Assembly: GCA_965153355.1 (NCBI GenBank) | Contig: OZ231126.1 | Coordinates: 36,642,001-36,706,000 of the forward strand | Length of the DNA stretch: 64,000 nucleotides | Source of the DNA: Flaccisagitta enflata | Taxonomy: Eukaryota | Reading direction: 5' to 3' | In this document: one piece after another, positions 49,116 to 62,226 of the stretch | Position numbering within the stretch: position 1 is the first letter of the stretch | Layout: each line of letters opens with the position of its first letter | Made by a program: the position numbers and the translations under genes | Notes under the pieces: model-generated | What the model was told of the DNA's origin: nothing | The model's database searches: none | The model's input: only the letters and a program-made list of their open reading frames with translations

Positions 49116-49914
49116 GCAATTACTGAAATGCCAGAAGTGTTATCTTCATGAGGTTCGCGGCCTTTTATCTTTATTTTGTATCATCATCTCATGTCATAAC
49201 TGCTATGACATACGATTAATTCAAAGTTTATACTACCGAAATAAAAGAGAATGTGTCGTGATATGTTTCATCACGTCAGATGGAGAATTTTGATGATAAA
49301 TGCATTTTCACGCCATTCCTCGCGATAAGGCTCAAAAAGATAACTAGCATTTTAATGGGTTGTTCATTCTAGAATCTAAGTAAAGACGTGATGTTATGAA
49401 AAATGTGACCACTTTAGACACTTTTAAATGGGCAAATTTACGAGGTTATCTAACAGACACAACTCTCTTACGTTTTCAAAGAACATTTGACCACCCACGA
49501 ACATGATGATGGATGGCACTTCAAAGAAGGACCGCCAGTTATGCGATTATGACATTCCAATTATAGAGTACATTAGAATGATTTGCTGGAGATTCTAATT
49601 ATAGAGTACATTAGAATGATTTGCTGGAGACAGAAGAGAGAAGATAGAAGACAGAAGACAGAAGACAGTAGACATAAGACGTGCTTAATCACAATGTAAC
49701 AAGAGTTGAGAAGAGACAAAAAAGAGTTGAATGGACTGAAATTGTCACAGTAATTTGAATTGTTTCATCTCGATTAATTGCCCTTGTTTCACGGGTAGAT
49801 GGCCACCCTTGACGGGATGAAGAAGAGAACTTAAGAGATCTCGAGATTTCCAGAGGGGGATTAAAGACGTGACGTTTTACTAATGGCAGGACAAGGATAG
49901 CCAGAAACAAGTGG

Positions 49915-50160
<246 letters not shown>

Positions 50161-50282
50161 AAAAGGAAGAAAGGAAGAAAGACATATAAATTTGGACCAT
50201 GTTCTTCAGGTGTGGTGCATTTGTCACAATGATATATCGAAAATGGAAGAACATTCCAACTTTAAGTCTCCCTTCCCCACAA

Positions 50283-50570
50283 AACAAAGTCAACACCTAA
50301 CAGTCGCGTGCGGTTGTTAGGAGCATGAAACCAAAAGTCGAGAAAGACCAAAATACTGAAAGCCTAAATGTAAAATGACTTAAAATGACATAAAATGACA
50401 AAATATGACAACATGTCATATAATGATAAAAAAATGGGAAAATGACTTATCATGACTTAAAATGACTTTAAATGACTAAATATGATTTAAAACGACGAAA
50501 AAAGGCTGAACGTTACGGACGGACGGACCATCAGACAGACTGACCGACAGACGGACAGAGTGGGTCGTAG
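50283..50570 (-). mobile_element. Family A element (AAGTCATT subfamily, 5' end degenerate)
   Basis: AACAAAGTCAACACCTAACAGTCGCGTGCG; (AAATGACTTA)n; GACGG tract. Confidence 0.65.
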
Positions 50571-50806
50571 AGAAAAAGGGGGGGGGGTTAAAAAGGAAAG
50601 GGGGCTGTATAGCAGCGACCTTGGCGTAGACCAGGCATAATTGAAAACTGGATGTTGTTCTTTTTCTTTTTTCTACTCCCATCTGTCCGTCCTTCCAACA
50701 ATGCATCCGTCTGTCGTTCACACTCAATTCATTTTACTGACTTCGGCGTATCCAAAAGCGAATGATAAAGATTCCCAAGAGAAACCATATCGTCCCTATT
50801 TCTTTA

Positions 50807-51494
50807 TTTTTTGGGCAGCGGCCCCGAAGGGGACGAAGTCCTGTAGAAAACAGGGGGACTTTCGTTCGTTCGTCCGTTCGTTTGTTCGTCCCCCCCCATC
50901 AGGCCCCTCAGGCCTCAAATCTGGCCTCTGAGACCTCAAATCTGGCCTGTCAGGCCTCAAATCCAGCCTCTCAGGCCTCAAATCCGGCCTCTCAGGCCTC
51001 AAATCTGGCCTCTCAGGCCTCAAATCTAATCTCTCAGGCCTCGAATCCAACCTCTCAGGCCTCAAATCCAACCTCTCAGGCCTCAAACCTGTCCTCTCAG
51101 GTCTTAAATTAGGCTTTTCTGGCTTCAAATTTAAATTCTCAGGCCTCAAACCTGGCCTCTCAGGCCTCGAGTCAGCTGTCTAAGCCTCAATTTTTTTCTC
51201 TCAGGCTTCAATTCAGTCCTCTGACCTTTCAAGCCATAATCCAGCTCTCTCAAGCTTCAAGTTAGCCCTCTCAAGCTTCCGATTGACCTCAGTTTAGGCT
51301 CTTGGAGGCCTTTAGTCAGCCCTCTATAGCATCTCATTCATTTCATCAGGCAGGACAAACGAAAGTCCTCCTGTGTTCTACAGGACTTCGTCCCCTTCGG
51401 GGCCGCTGCCCTGCTCCCCCTCACTCCAATTCACAATCACTCAAAGCAGGGCAACGGGTATCGCTGACCACATATTGCCCTTGGGCGACCTGTT
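50807..51494 (+). mobile_element. Family B1 element with 21-bp array (AGGCCTCAAATCCAGCCTCTC)n
   Basis: IR pair plus tail GGGTATCGCTGACCACATATTGCCCTTGGGCGACCTGTT. Confidence 0.9.
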
Positions 51495-51620
51495 TTATAT
51501 CCAAAGCCGACAGGCAATCTGACCGCTCAAACCAGAGGCATCCTGAAGAAAACAAGTAACCCGGGGTTACAATATCGTTGCAGGAGCGGGGCGGGGGAAG
51601 GGGGAAGGGGCGGAAGTGCG

Positions 51621-52201
51621 TTTTTGGGTAGCGGCCCCGAAGGGGACGATGTCCTGTAGAACACGGGGGACTTTTGTTCGTTTGTCCGTTCGTTCGTTCG
51701 TCCCCCCCCCTCTTAGGCCTCAAATCCAAACTCTCAGGCCTCAAATACAGCCTCTCAGGCCTCAAATCCAGCCTCTTATGCCTCAAATCCAGCCTCTCAG
51801 GCCTCAAATCCAGCGTCTCATGCCTCAAATCCAGCCTCTTAGGCCTCAAATCCAGCCTCTCGGGCCTCAAATCCAGCCTCTCAGGTCTCAAATCCAGCCT
51901 CTCAGGCCTCAAATTAGGCTTCTTGGGCCTCGAATCCAAATTCTCAGGGAAAGCTATCTCAAGCTTCAGATTGACATTCTCAGGCCTTACATCAGCCTTC
52001 TTAGACCTCAGTTAAGGCTCTTGAAGGCCTTCAGTCAGCATATCATCCACTTCTTGAAGCAAGAAAAAAAAATTCCCCCGTGTTCTACAGGACATCGTCC
52101 CCTTTGGGGCCGCTGCCCTGCTTCCTCTCACTCCAATTCACAATCACTCAAAGCAGGGCAACGGGTATCGCTGACCACATATTGCCCTTGGGCGACCTGT
52201 T
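51621..52201 (+). mobile_element. Family B1 element with 21-bp array, apparently nested in an A2 remnant
   Basis: Same termini as 50807-51494; A2-like AACAAGTAACCCGGGGTTACAATATCGTTGC on the left and a GACGG tract on the right. Confidence 0.88.
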
Positions 52202-53228
52202 ACTTTTGTTTTTGCGCTTCTCAACTATATCATCACGATCCAATGGACGGACTAACGGACAGACGGACGGAGCCTTGAAAAAGTGCATGATTTAAAAAGC
52301 ATGCATTAAGTCAACAGATAACTGTCACGTGGTTTCAATTTAATTCGTTTATTTTGCCGAATTAAGATGGTGTTTTTATTTTCTAGCTAAACGTTATAGA
52401 GAAACTCTCTCTCTCTCTCCACTCGAGAGTAAAAGAATGTCTGCATAATATATTGTATGCTTTTCAATGTATACAAGAAAGAAGTTTATATCGAGCAGTC
52501 TTCCCACTCCTTTTAATGATTGTTTGGTTAATATTCTGGAGAATGTTTAGATTTGTATTTTTAAAAAAGATAAATAGGCTGGAGTATGCGATAGTTTCAA
52601 AGACGGTCATTGTAGTTTTCATCTGGTGCTTAATCAACTTGACCGATTCAAAAAGTGGGTGGTCGTTTGTCAATAAAAGGAAAGGAAACGTAAAAGAAAG
52701 GTAAACAAGGTCAAGTAGGCAAAAACTGTCTGGCGGAATGCGTAAGAAACTGACCGACTAACAGACAGCCCGAAAGACCAGCCTGCTTTTGCAAAGGTCA
52801 TGGTATGCGGAGAAAGTTTTGGATCAATGCGTCACATTGAAGTGCCAGAGTTCAAAGCTGACAATGTATGACCCTTCATTGACCTTTAAATGTTGTTTCC
52901 AGGTGGTCGGATCAACTGTTAATCAGCCATCCTTCCTGTCACATTTTTCAAAGATATCATGAGTACTATTTTTAGACAGATTGGTGACTTATTTTGGGTG
53001 CGCCATAAGCATAGTACCTCTTCAAATCCGTATTCAACTGTTTGTTCATCCTTCGATTAGACCATCACACATTCGTTTAACTAGCGATCAGATGCACCTG
53101 TTGGTCTACTTGACTTAAAAAGTGGTTTGCATTGATAGAGTCAACTAAATCGGTCGGTCTGTCACACTGCTTTTTCGACGTTTATGGGTGGTTATTGCAC
53201 TGCTGCTCCTGCCAAAAAACTTGGTTAG

Positions 53229-54361
53229 CTTTTTAGTCGCGTGCACGCGACTCTACACCCCACTTTGTCCATCCGTCCGTCCATCCATCGGTTGGTCGGT
53301 CGGTCCGTCACACTTTTACTTTTGTTATCAATTTTATTTCTTTAAGGCTATCATTGCTTCAAAATGAAGTTACCCTGAAATTTTTTTTTTCTTTTATAGA
53401 ATGTCAAATACTAGTGTAAGAAACCCCTTCAAAAAATTTCAGAAAATTGAAAAAACCCAAATATAGGCAATTTTTCGGGCACTCGCTAGCCTGACTGGGG
53501 CAACGGAGGAAGCTGAAATTTTTACTGAAGATAAACAAGACATGTGGCCAGGGTACGCCTGTAAAAAAAATTTAAATTTTATTATTTTACATACAATAAA
53601 TCCAAGAAGAAATCTGTAAAATGTAGCCATATAGAGGCTAGTAGCTTTTTTTGGAATTTGTTCCAGGTCTACCCTGGCCACATGTCTTCTCTATCTACAG
53701 TAAAAATTTCAGCTTCCTACGTTGCCCAAGTCAGGCTAGCGAGTGTCTAAAAAATTGTCATTATTTTGCCATTCATTAAAGTAAAAATTGTGAGAAATAC
53801 AGGGTAAAGGTACAACTTATGAACGATTTTTTTCATCAACTCGTTTTTAGTCTCCCTAACTCTCAGTTTTAGAGCACAAATTCATAGAAGCAGTCAGCGT
53901 CTGTGGCTAGTGAGTAGATCGCCTGACATGAGCACTGAGATAATGGGCAAGGTGAGAATAGAAATTGATTTCTTGAAACATTGACCTGGGAAAAAGAGTT
54001 TGTGATTTAGGAGGGGCAGACAGCCTCCTTAAGTCTATTGTTCAAATCCTCCACTGATACATTGATAATTTTCATTTTTTCCTCTTTGCTTGATCAAAGC
54101 ATTCCTGATTTTGTTTTCGCTTTGTAATTTGGGTCAGGCCAGTGCTTGATAGTTGTAAATTGTAAGAGAACCCTTCTGTACGCACATTATTCATGCAAAC
54201 AGATTTTTAATTTTACGACCATCTTGAGGAAATGTAAGCCTTAAGTCATTTAAAGTCAATTAAAGGTATACTGAGTCATTCAAAGTCATTCTAAGTCATT
54301 CTAAGTCATTCTAAGTCAATCTGTAAGTCTCGCACGCGACTTATAGGTGTTGGCCTTGTTT
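53229..54361 (+). mobile_element. Family A element (AAGTCATT subfamily) split by the TTAA MITE
   Basis: TTTTTAGTCGCGTGCACGCGACT ... TTCTTTAA|MITE|TTAAGTCATT ... CGCACGCGACTTATAGGTGTTGGCCTTGTT. Confidence 0.88.
53346..54240 (+). mobile_element. 895-bp TTAA-flanked MITE (Kolobok-like), copy 2
   Basis: Collinear with 34066-34961; TTAA on both sides. Confidence 0.9.
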
Positions 54362-54831
54362 CATCACTGCCCCGTTTATCCGGCCTTGTTTGTTTTTGTT
54401 TTTGTTGTTATTGACGAAAATTCCATCAATTCCCACCAATCCCTTTCCTTTTTTTCTAAGAAGAATAGCTTTGATTTTTTTTCTGCGCTGGCTTTGGTGC
54501 CTCACCTTTCCATTTTCAATAGAATTTTTCATTTAAAGTGGAAAAAGAAAAAGAATAGCTAATCCCTCCTGGCCTTAACAACCGCTTCTTCTCTACCCAC
54601 TCATCAATGGAAAGGCAATGAATACAATTAGTTAGTCTGGGAGCTACGCGGTGGGCTGTCTAGAATGAGTTAAAAAAAAACAGAAAAAAACTTATCATTA
54701 TGAGAAAATTGCTTAACATTGTTAGACAGTAGACACTAGACAGAGAACTGGTCATGTGTCGATTTAATCGAGCGGCGGCAAGCCCCGTCCCGGGCTCCCG
54801 GCAGTCAATCCCACCTCCTGAATCGAAAAAG

Positions 54832-54988
54832 AACAAGGCTGGACACATGGCCATTGGCCAATGAGTAGTCGCTAAGAGCGCGCTTGCAGGTGGACAGGGG
54901 CAGTAATGCGGGTGGGTAGGGGCTTCGGACCTACCTACCTACTTCCGGTCACACCCTCTTATAGAGTTTCTTCGCTAGCGACTAAAAA
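54832..54988 (-). mobile_element. Family A element (diverged)
   Basis: AACAAGGCTGGACACATGGCC ... CCCTCTTATAGAG..GCGACTAAAAA. Confidence 0.6.
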
Positions 54989-55299
54989 CGTAGTTACAAC
55001 CAACTGGCAAATCAACCAACTAAAACCGGCAATTTGAGGTGTACAGGTTTGCACCAATGTCCAATTCAAGGCATGTATGAAAACTGGTTTAAATTCAATG
55101 ATTTAATTATGGCAAAAAGATCCCACACAAATCACATTGTGTATTTGATCGTTCGATCTACGTTCAAGATATGTTATAAAATGAGCATGAAGACCAAAAA
55201 CAAACGTAAAAGAAAATAGTCTTTGAGGCTTTAAATCTATTTCTAGATAGTAAAAAAAAGTTGAGCAATGAACATCCGAACAGTAAACAACCTGTATAA

Positions 55300-55301
<2 letters not shown>

Positions 55302-55392
<91 letters not shown>
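55302..55392. repeat. (GA)n microsatellite
   Basis: Direct inspection. Confidence 0.97.
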
Positions 55393-55395
<3 letters not shown>

Positions 55396-55760
55396 CAGGC
55401 GCTGTGGCGTGTGGACTTCCCACGGCGAGGATCCACTAGGATTTCCATGAAGCCTCTTGGGAAATTCCAATGTCACGGTCGGGATTCCTTTTGGCGGCTC
55501 AAATGCGCCGAAGACAAAAAAGGCCGGCGCAAAAAGGAAATCCAGGAGTGATTCGCACTTTGACTTGTCCATAATATCATTTGTCCACAATATCATTTGT
55601 CCACCATTCGGCAAGTGACCCACACGTATACTTAATAATAACATTTTTCCACCGGGACCCAGTGACCTTCACTCGTACTATGTGACCAGTCACTGACCAA
55701 AGAGCGTGCACTTGTCCTTCAAACCATTTGTCCTTAGGCACCCTGTAACACTCGTGGTTT

Positions 55761-56434
55761 CTAACAGTAGCGACAGAAAATTCCGGACAACATGTTTGTC
55801 AGTATTTAACACCCAAGCAATGAGAAAAATTAAGGAAAACTGGTGACCAATTTGAAGCTCTGCGAATCTTTCAAATGAGATGTTGCTGGTTGTCTCAGCT
55901 CAGCTCAGCTCAGCTCAGCTCAGCTCAGCTCAGCTCTGCGAATCTTTCAAATGAGATGTTGCTGGTTGTCTCAGCTTTATTCGTTAAGATATGGCATTGG
56001 ATTGAAGACAGATTGTCAGGAATTTGAGAATTCATTACAGAATTTTCATATATTTTGTTTGTTTTAACATAGGAACTAAACCAATTGAGTTAAAAATTTA
56101 TTCTTGTCGCCATTTTAAAGAAAATTCGAAGCTCTTTAAATTGCTCATGGATATCAAGTAGCTGTGACAAACCTGAATTGCATTATTAAGAAAAACGTTA
56201 AGACAGAAATTGCTAATAGAAAAAAAGACAATATTTGCCCCATTTCCAAATGATGATATTCTTCTTCAAACCTATGCCATTTCTAAACGAACAAAGCTAC
56301 AGATACCAGCCAGGTGGCATTAGAAAGATTTTTCAAAGATCTTTCTAATGGTCATAAATTTTTTATTGATCAGGCTTTTGAGTTGACAACAATAAGCAAA
56401 ACAAGTTGTCGGAATTTTCTGTCGCTACTGTTAG
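55761..56434. mobile_element. 674-bp MITE, superfamily unassigned
   Basis: TIR CTAACAGTAGCGACAGAAAATTCC / GGAATTTTCTGTCGCTACTGTTAG; TSD unclear. Confidence 0.8.
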
Positions 56435-56518
56435 TTTTAATCCATGCATGTGGTTAGCCGTGGTTAGTTCATTATTCCAGTCATCGATGACCAAATCTGT
56501 CATTCAACTTGGGTCCCA

Positions 56519-56757
56519 TTTTAAGTTGCGGACACGCAACTCTGTAAGAGGCTTTTTCCGTCCGTCCGTTTGTCGGTCCATTGGTTCGTTGGTCCATCTG
56601 TGAGCGCGGGTCGAAAAGTGGGAAAACGAGCGTTTTAGAACCTTTTTCAGTATGTGTCTATGTTGGAAAGGGAGTTGGATGGGGCGTTGGGTGTGGATGG
56701 GGGTTAGCCGCCCCTGCCCACCAGTCCGCAACAATATTGTGACCCGCGTCACTTGTT
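56519..56757 (+). mobile_element. Family A2 element
   Basis: TTTTAAGTTGCGGACACGCAACT ... GTCCGCAAC..GTGACCCGCGTCAC hairpin, TTGTT end. Confidence 0.85.
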
Positions 56758-56836
56758 GCATGTAGATAAGTCATCGGTGATCCGTCTTTCAAACCCTGCT
56801 TCTACAATACGTTTCACTTGTCCATGTGTCTAGCTC

Positions 56837-56953
56837 TTTTTAGTCGCAGACATACGACTCTTGAACTTGCTATGTTGGTCGGTTGGTCAGTCACAGATTT
56901 CCGCTCCTGCCCACCCGTCCGTGGCTGGGGGGGGGGATGTATACGGCCTTGTT
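56837..56953 (+). mobile_element. Short degenerate family A element
   Basis: TTTTTAGTCGCAGACATACGACTC ... TGTATACGGCCTTGTTT. Confidence 0.6.
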
Positions 56954-57401
56954 TCAGTACTGATTTGTTTTTCTGTCCGTCATTCGTCTCTCAGTACAGA
57001 AAATGCGAGAAAAGACAGAAAAAGGGGAAGATAGAAAACTGCGAATAGGAAGACTCAAAGAAAACAAATCACGCTGTATCAAGCGAGAGATATTTATGGT
57101 TTGGCTAACGAATTTGAAAAGGAATCGACCGAGCGTGAGATTTTAACTTTGCTCCACCTCAAACAGAAGTATAATAAAAAGCGAGCTACGTACTTGATTT
57201 ACCGCCAAGCTGTCCGTACTTGATTAACCGCCAAGCTGTCCGTCATTGTCAATCTCTTATTGAGTCGAGAGTACCTCCAAATTAACTTCGGATCCCGGAC
57301 GCAGAAAAGGTCTTTGAAAATTCCACGTTTAAAAGTGAACATCCAATTCCAAAAGACAAGAAAACGCGATAAGAATGCTCTTGACTGAAGATCGGAAGAG
57401 T

Positions 57402-57457
<56 letters not shown>

Positions 57458-58531
57458 TAAAGAGAAGTGATTGTGGGATCATCAAGACTTTGATTTTCTT
57501 TTCTTTCGCTTTCTTCCTTTTATTTTTAATGCATTTCCGTTGCCGTAAAATGGCATAAAAGGTGACCTTCCTTCAAAAGAAAACGCGTCACCGACGATCG
57601 AATGATTAATTTCAAATTATACACCTTGAATACGAATCAATAATGATTCATTGTGACTCTTTTCCGCGCCGGCTTACGACCGCGTTTCTGTGTGTGTGTC
57701 ATCAACTCCTTTGTTTTAGTGGTGGTACTAAAGCAATGAGAAGCACTGAACATTTGAAGATTTTTTCTTCATTTCATCAAACCATTTTTTCGTTTGTACA
57801 AACGTATCTCGTTCGTTTCTCGTTCGTTTTCCATATATAAGAAAATTCAGATAAGTCATTCAAAGAAAGAAAAAAATCAGATTTATAAACGAATTAAAGA
57901 TAATAAGTTAAACAAAAAATCTACAACACAGCCAAAGAACCAGAGCCTAATTTCGCGTCCTCATTCCTCAGGTATCCATGATCATCTTATAAAGCCCTTC
58001 ATGATCGTTTTATTAGATGAAAAATGGCGAACGTTAGTCTTCCCTCTGATTCGGTTTTTCTAGCGTGATTTGAATTTATACATGTATAGGTATCCCAATT
58101 AATTAGATATTTGTTGTTGATTCCCACGTTCGTTGGCTTCAGCCTTACAAAAAGGCATTTCTTTTTCAACAAGTCACACATACCGAACATTATAGAATGG
58201 CTTTTATCTCCATAATCCTTATAAATCCGTCTCTCATAAAAGTCAACATTTCGCCCCTTAGATTATACAGATCGGTTTAGTATGGATTATTCATTGGCAC
58301 AAACACATTTCTACAACTAATTGTACATGCAAAGCAAACAATAAGAATCCCCCGCTAGCATGTTGGCAAAAACAGATGCGGGAGATTAACTCCGGGCGCC
58401 ATGGAAATCACGTTCTCGTGACGCCGGGAAATAATCCCATGATTATGCCTGGAAACGGCGGTGTGTTTCGGGGGGGGGGGGGGTTGGGGAAGGGGAGTAA
58501 TGAATTGTCCAGCAAGTTAGCAATTATCCAT

Positions 58532-58836
58532 ATTTAGTCGCGGACACGCGATTCTACATCTTACTCTGACGATCTGTCGGTCCGTCGCTCCGTCTGTCGG
58601 TCCCTCCGAACGTCGTGTTTTGATTGCGAGCGTTTTTGCATTTATAACTGGCCCGTAACTGTGGTGCCGTGTATTCACCCTTGTTTTTAGTTGCGTGCAC
58701 GCGACTCTATAGCCCTCTTTGTCCGTCTGTCTGTCTGTCGGTCGGTCGGTCAGTCCGTCTGTCCGTCCGTCACACTTAAATTCGCCGCCCCTGCCCATCC
58801 GCACGCGACTAAGGTAGCCGTGTATCCGGGCTTGTT
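58532..58836 (+). mobile_element. Two family A elements, head-to-tail
   Basis: Junction CCCTTGTTTTTAGTTGCGTGCACGCGACT near 58683; second copy ends GCCGTGTATCCGGGCTTGTT. Confidence 0.8.
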
Positions 58837-59199
58837 CCATCTTTCACCGGAAAACAATAGAGTCAACAAAACCACTCTCTTCGTATGTAGCTCATCTTGT
58901 TTTATTTTTTCTGATCCACCTTCACGCGTTTGTTATTCGTTACGCCGTCTGGTTTAGTGGATATGGTACTACTAAAAGCGTCCGTTGTTTGCAGCCTTTG
59001 TTTTGTTTCGATTGTTCTTTTCCTTTTTAACGTGGCAATTATGGTCCAAACTCGATTTGTAGGCGTCTGCGGGAATTTACTGTCACTTACTGCACTGCCC
59101 CTCGAGGCACATGGGTGCGCGGGTGGTGACCTCCATTGGACAAATGAGATTCAATTCCAGGTGGTTTGGATTGAGGTGACACGCGATAGATGTCGCGGG

Positions 59200-59368
<169 letters not shown>

Positions 59369-59572
59369 CTTAAATCTTTTTCTCTTGAAAATCCTGCCTG
59401 CTTCTACTTGAAATCTGTTTATAACTTATGTGCTACAAATTGTTGGCTACCATCCGTCTGTCTGGAGCTGCCGTCATTTCGCACATCAGTTCGCGGTTCG
59501 ACCAAAAGAAACCAAACAAGGAGAAAAAACCTAAGATAAATTCCATCAAATTGAAAAAAGCGATGCACTCAA

Positions 59573-59680
<108 letters not shown>

Positions 59681-60589
59681 CTATTTTAATGAAAAGTAGA
59701 GAAATTAAGACCTTTACAAAATGGTGCGTGGCTGATGTTTATCTTTGAATATTGCCCTTTGTAATGTTTAAATGTAAAATAGGATGGCTGGTAGAAACTC
59801 AAACAAACTCAAGAAAGGAATAAGATCGATATAAAAGAATATTAACGAAGTGGGGAGAAAAATTGAAAAGGCGAAATATTATTGTTACGAGGAAAATTTC
59901 TTTTTTCTTGAACAATGAAAGAAGAGAAAAAAAAATCATTTTACCGATTCCTGCAGCTGGACGGAAGCATCGGGTGCTCCTTAAGAAGTAAGTAGAGGCA
60001 GGGAAAGTAGAATCTTTGGAGTGGTCCTGGTTTTGTCGTTATGGTTTTTAAGGGTGTAAAAAAGTGGTTCAACGTGGTTATGGTCCTTTCGAAAGGTGTT
60101 GAAGTTTATATACGTGCAAACGTGGACAAATTTGAGGCAAAATGGACATGATAGGGTATGTGATTTTTTTGGAGCCCTGGTGGTTGACCAGTGACCACCA
60201 CACCAAAGACAAATACGGCAATGGAGCAGGGAAAACATCAACTGTCCACCCTTCAACCCCTCAAAGTGGTAACGAAATAAAGGGCTGCTTTTTATGGCCT
60301 TTTTTGCAATAAAGCTCTGCAAAATTAGACAGTAACCGCTTTAACATACATCTGCAAAGAGAGAAAAAAATTCTCAAAAGGCAACAGGAAGTTAAAATAA
60401 GTTCATGTTTTGACAAAAGAGTTGTTGAAAAGGATGCTAGCTTGGGGGAATTAAAGAATTACTAAAGGAGCGGCCAATTATGATGAAGGAGGAAGTTTCG
60501 ATTCAATAGAAGCCCGTAGAATATTTTCATATATCTATGAAAACTCGCATAAAAAAAAATATACATCTTTACGTTTTCGGGAGGGAAAT

Positions 60590-60773
60590 TTTTTTAGTCG
60601 CGTGCACGCGACTCTACAACCCGCTTTGTCCGTCGGTTGGTTGGTCGGTCCGTCACATTTGTTTTTTTGTATCTTTTTTACCCCACTGTTCCTGCCCAAA
60701 TAGTCTGGTGACCTCAAATATGGCCCCTGCCAACCCGCACGCGACTTCGGTAGCCGTGTATCCGACCTTGTTT
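60590..60773 (+). mobile_element. Family A1 element
   Basis: TTTTTTAGTCGCGTGCACGCGACTCTAC ... GCACGCGACTTCGGTAGCCGTGTATCCGACCTTGTTT. Confidence 0.88.
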
Positions 60774-61395
60774 TCTTTCAAACATCAGTAAAGTTAAGAT
60801 GCCTTTTGTACGACCCTGGATAGGCTCCAATGAGTAGAAAACAATCGCTGGAATAATAAGGAAAAAATTGAGTAAAATAAAATGTTTTAATAATATCAAA
60901 TATAAACAGAGGATTTTGATATCCGGGACAAGGAGCTGCCTCGTTATGGCATATGGCCACAACTAAAATATAAAACAAAACTAGCTCCCTCTTGGTGGCC
61001 AAAAAAGGAAATAAAGGGCCTTTGGCTTTTACAACTCTTTTACCCAAGCCCCTTTCCTTTCCTTTCTTCAAGCAATGGAATTTCAGCTAGGTTCTTGTTA
61101 GCTTAACAATGATGATTATCTATTAGTTCGTCCAACCAACTATAATTCACGTTTATATTTTTAGGTGCGACAAAGCACTTCTATAACTGGCGGTGTCCTT
61201 ACGTTGCTCGGTTATTCGGTTTGTTGGTCGCCGCAGGCGTTCATATTTTGGAGGCGCGGGGCGCGCCGCGCCTCGGAACACGAGGAAGCTTGTCGGAAGG
61301 GAAGGAAGGAGAGAAAAGGGAAAGGGGAAAAAAAGAAGGAATGGAAAAGAAGGAGAAGGGGAAAGAAAGAAAAAAAAAGAAAAAGGAAAAAAGAT

Positions 61396-61483
<88 letters not shown>

Positions 61484-62108
61484 TCATCATTTTCTGCGTC
61501 ATTTTTTTCTTGTTTTGATTGTTAGTAAATACACTCATTATAGCAACATCGCGTGCGTTGGCACTTACAGTCAATAGTCAGACAGATAGAGAAACAGACA
61601 GACTGCCTAAATTTTTTGAAAGGACCCTTGAACTAGCTGTCAGCCTGTTTACTTCTCCAAATTTCTTCACTAATGTTCAGAGATGTAATTAACGCTAGAT
61701 AATCCTATAAAACAACTTTGCATGAGATACTAGACAAACCAATTGACAGACAGATGGTCTGACTGCCAGAACAATAGACTGACCTAAAAGTACTTGTGAA
61801 TGCGTTAAAACCGCTGGGGGGCAACTCAATTATATACAGGCCTGAATCTTTTAAGTATCTTCAAAACGTCAAAAATGCCTTGGAACAACTTTGCATACGA
61901 CAGATGGACAGATTGAAAGAGCGACTGAAAAGTTACTACTAGAGTTGCGTAGCACAGGACAAAAAATGGCATGTCGGAAACTTGGTCAGAGAAAATTGTG
62001 CGCCTCGGAAGATTTGCAAAATATGAACGCCTGTTGGTCGGATAACGTATTCGTTTGACGATCCACACGTCGCTCCTTATTGGCCTACTTGGCCTTGTTT
62101 TCTCTCTC

Positions 62109-62206
<98 letters not shown>

Positions 62207-62226
62207 TTTCGATCGATATCATCTAA

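Noticed and set aside
59981..60322. 113-aa ORF with CxxC pairs as a zinc-finger exon
   Set aside because: Cys spacing matches no family I recognise, the start is non-ATG and I saw no supporting exon structure; BLASTP or RNA-seq would settle it
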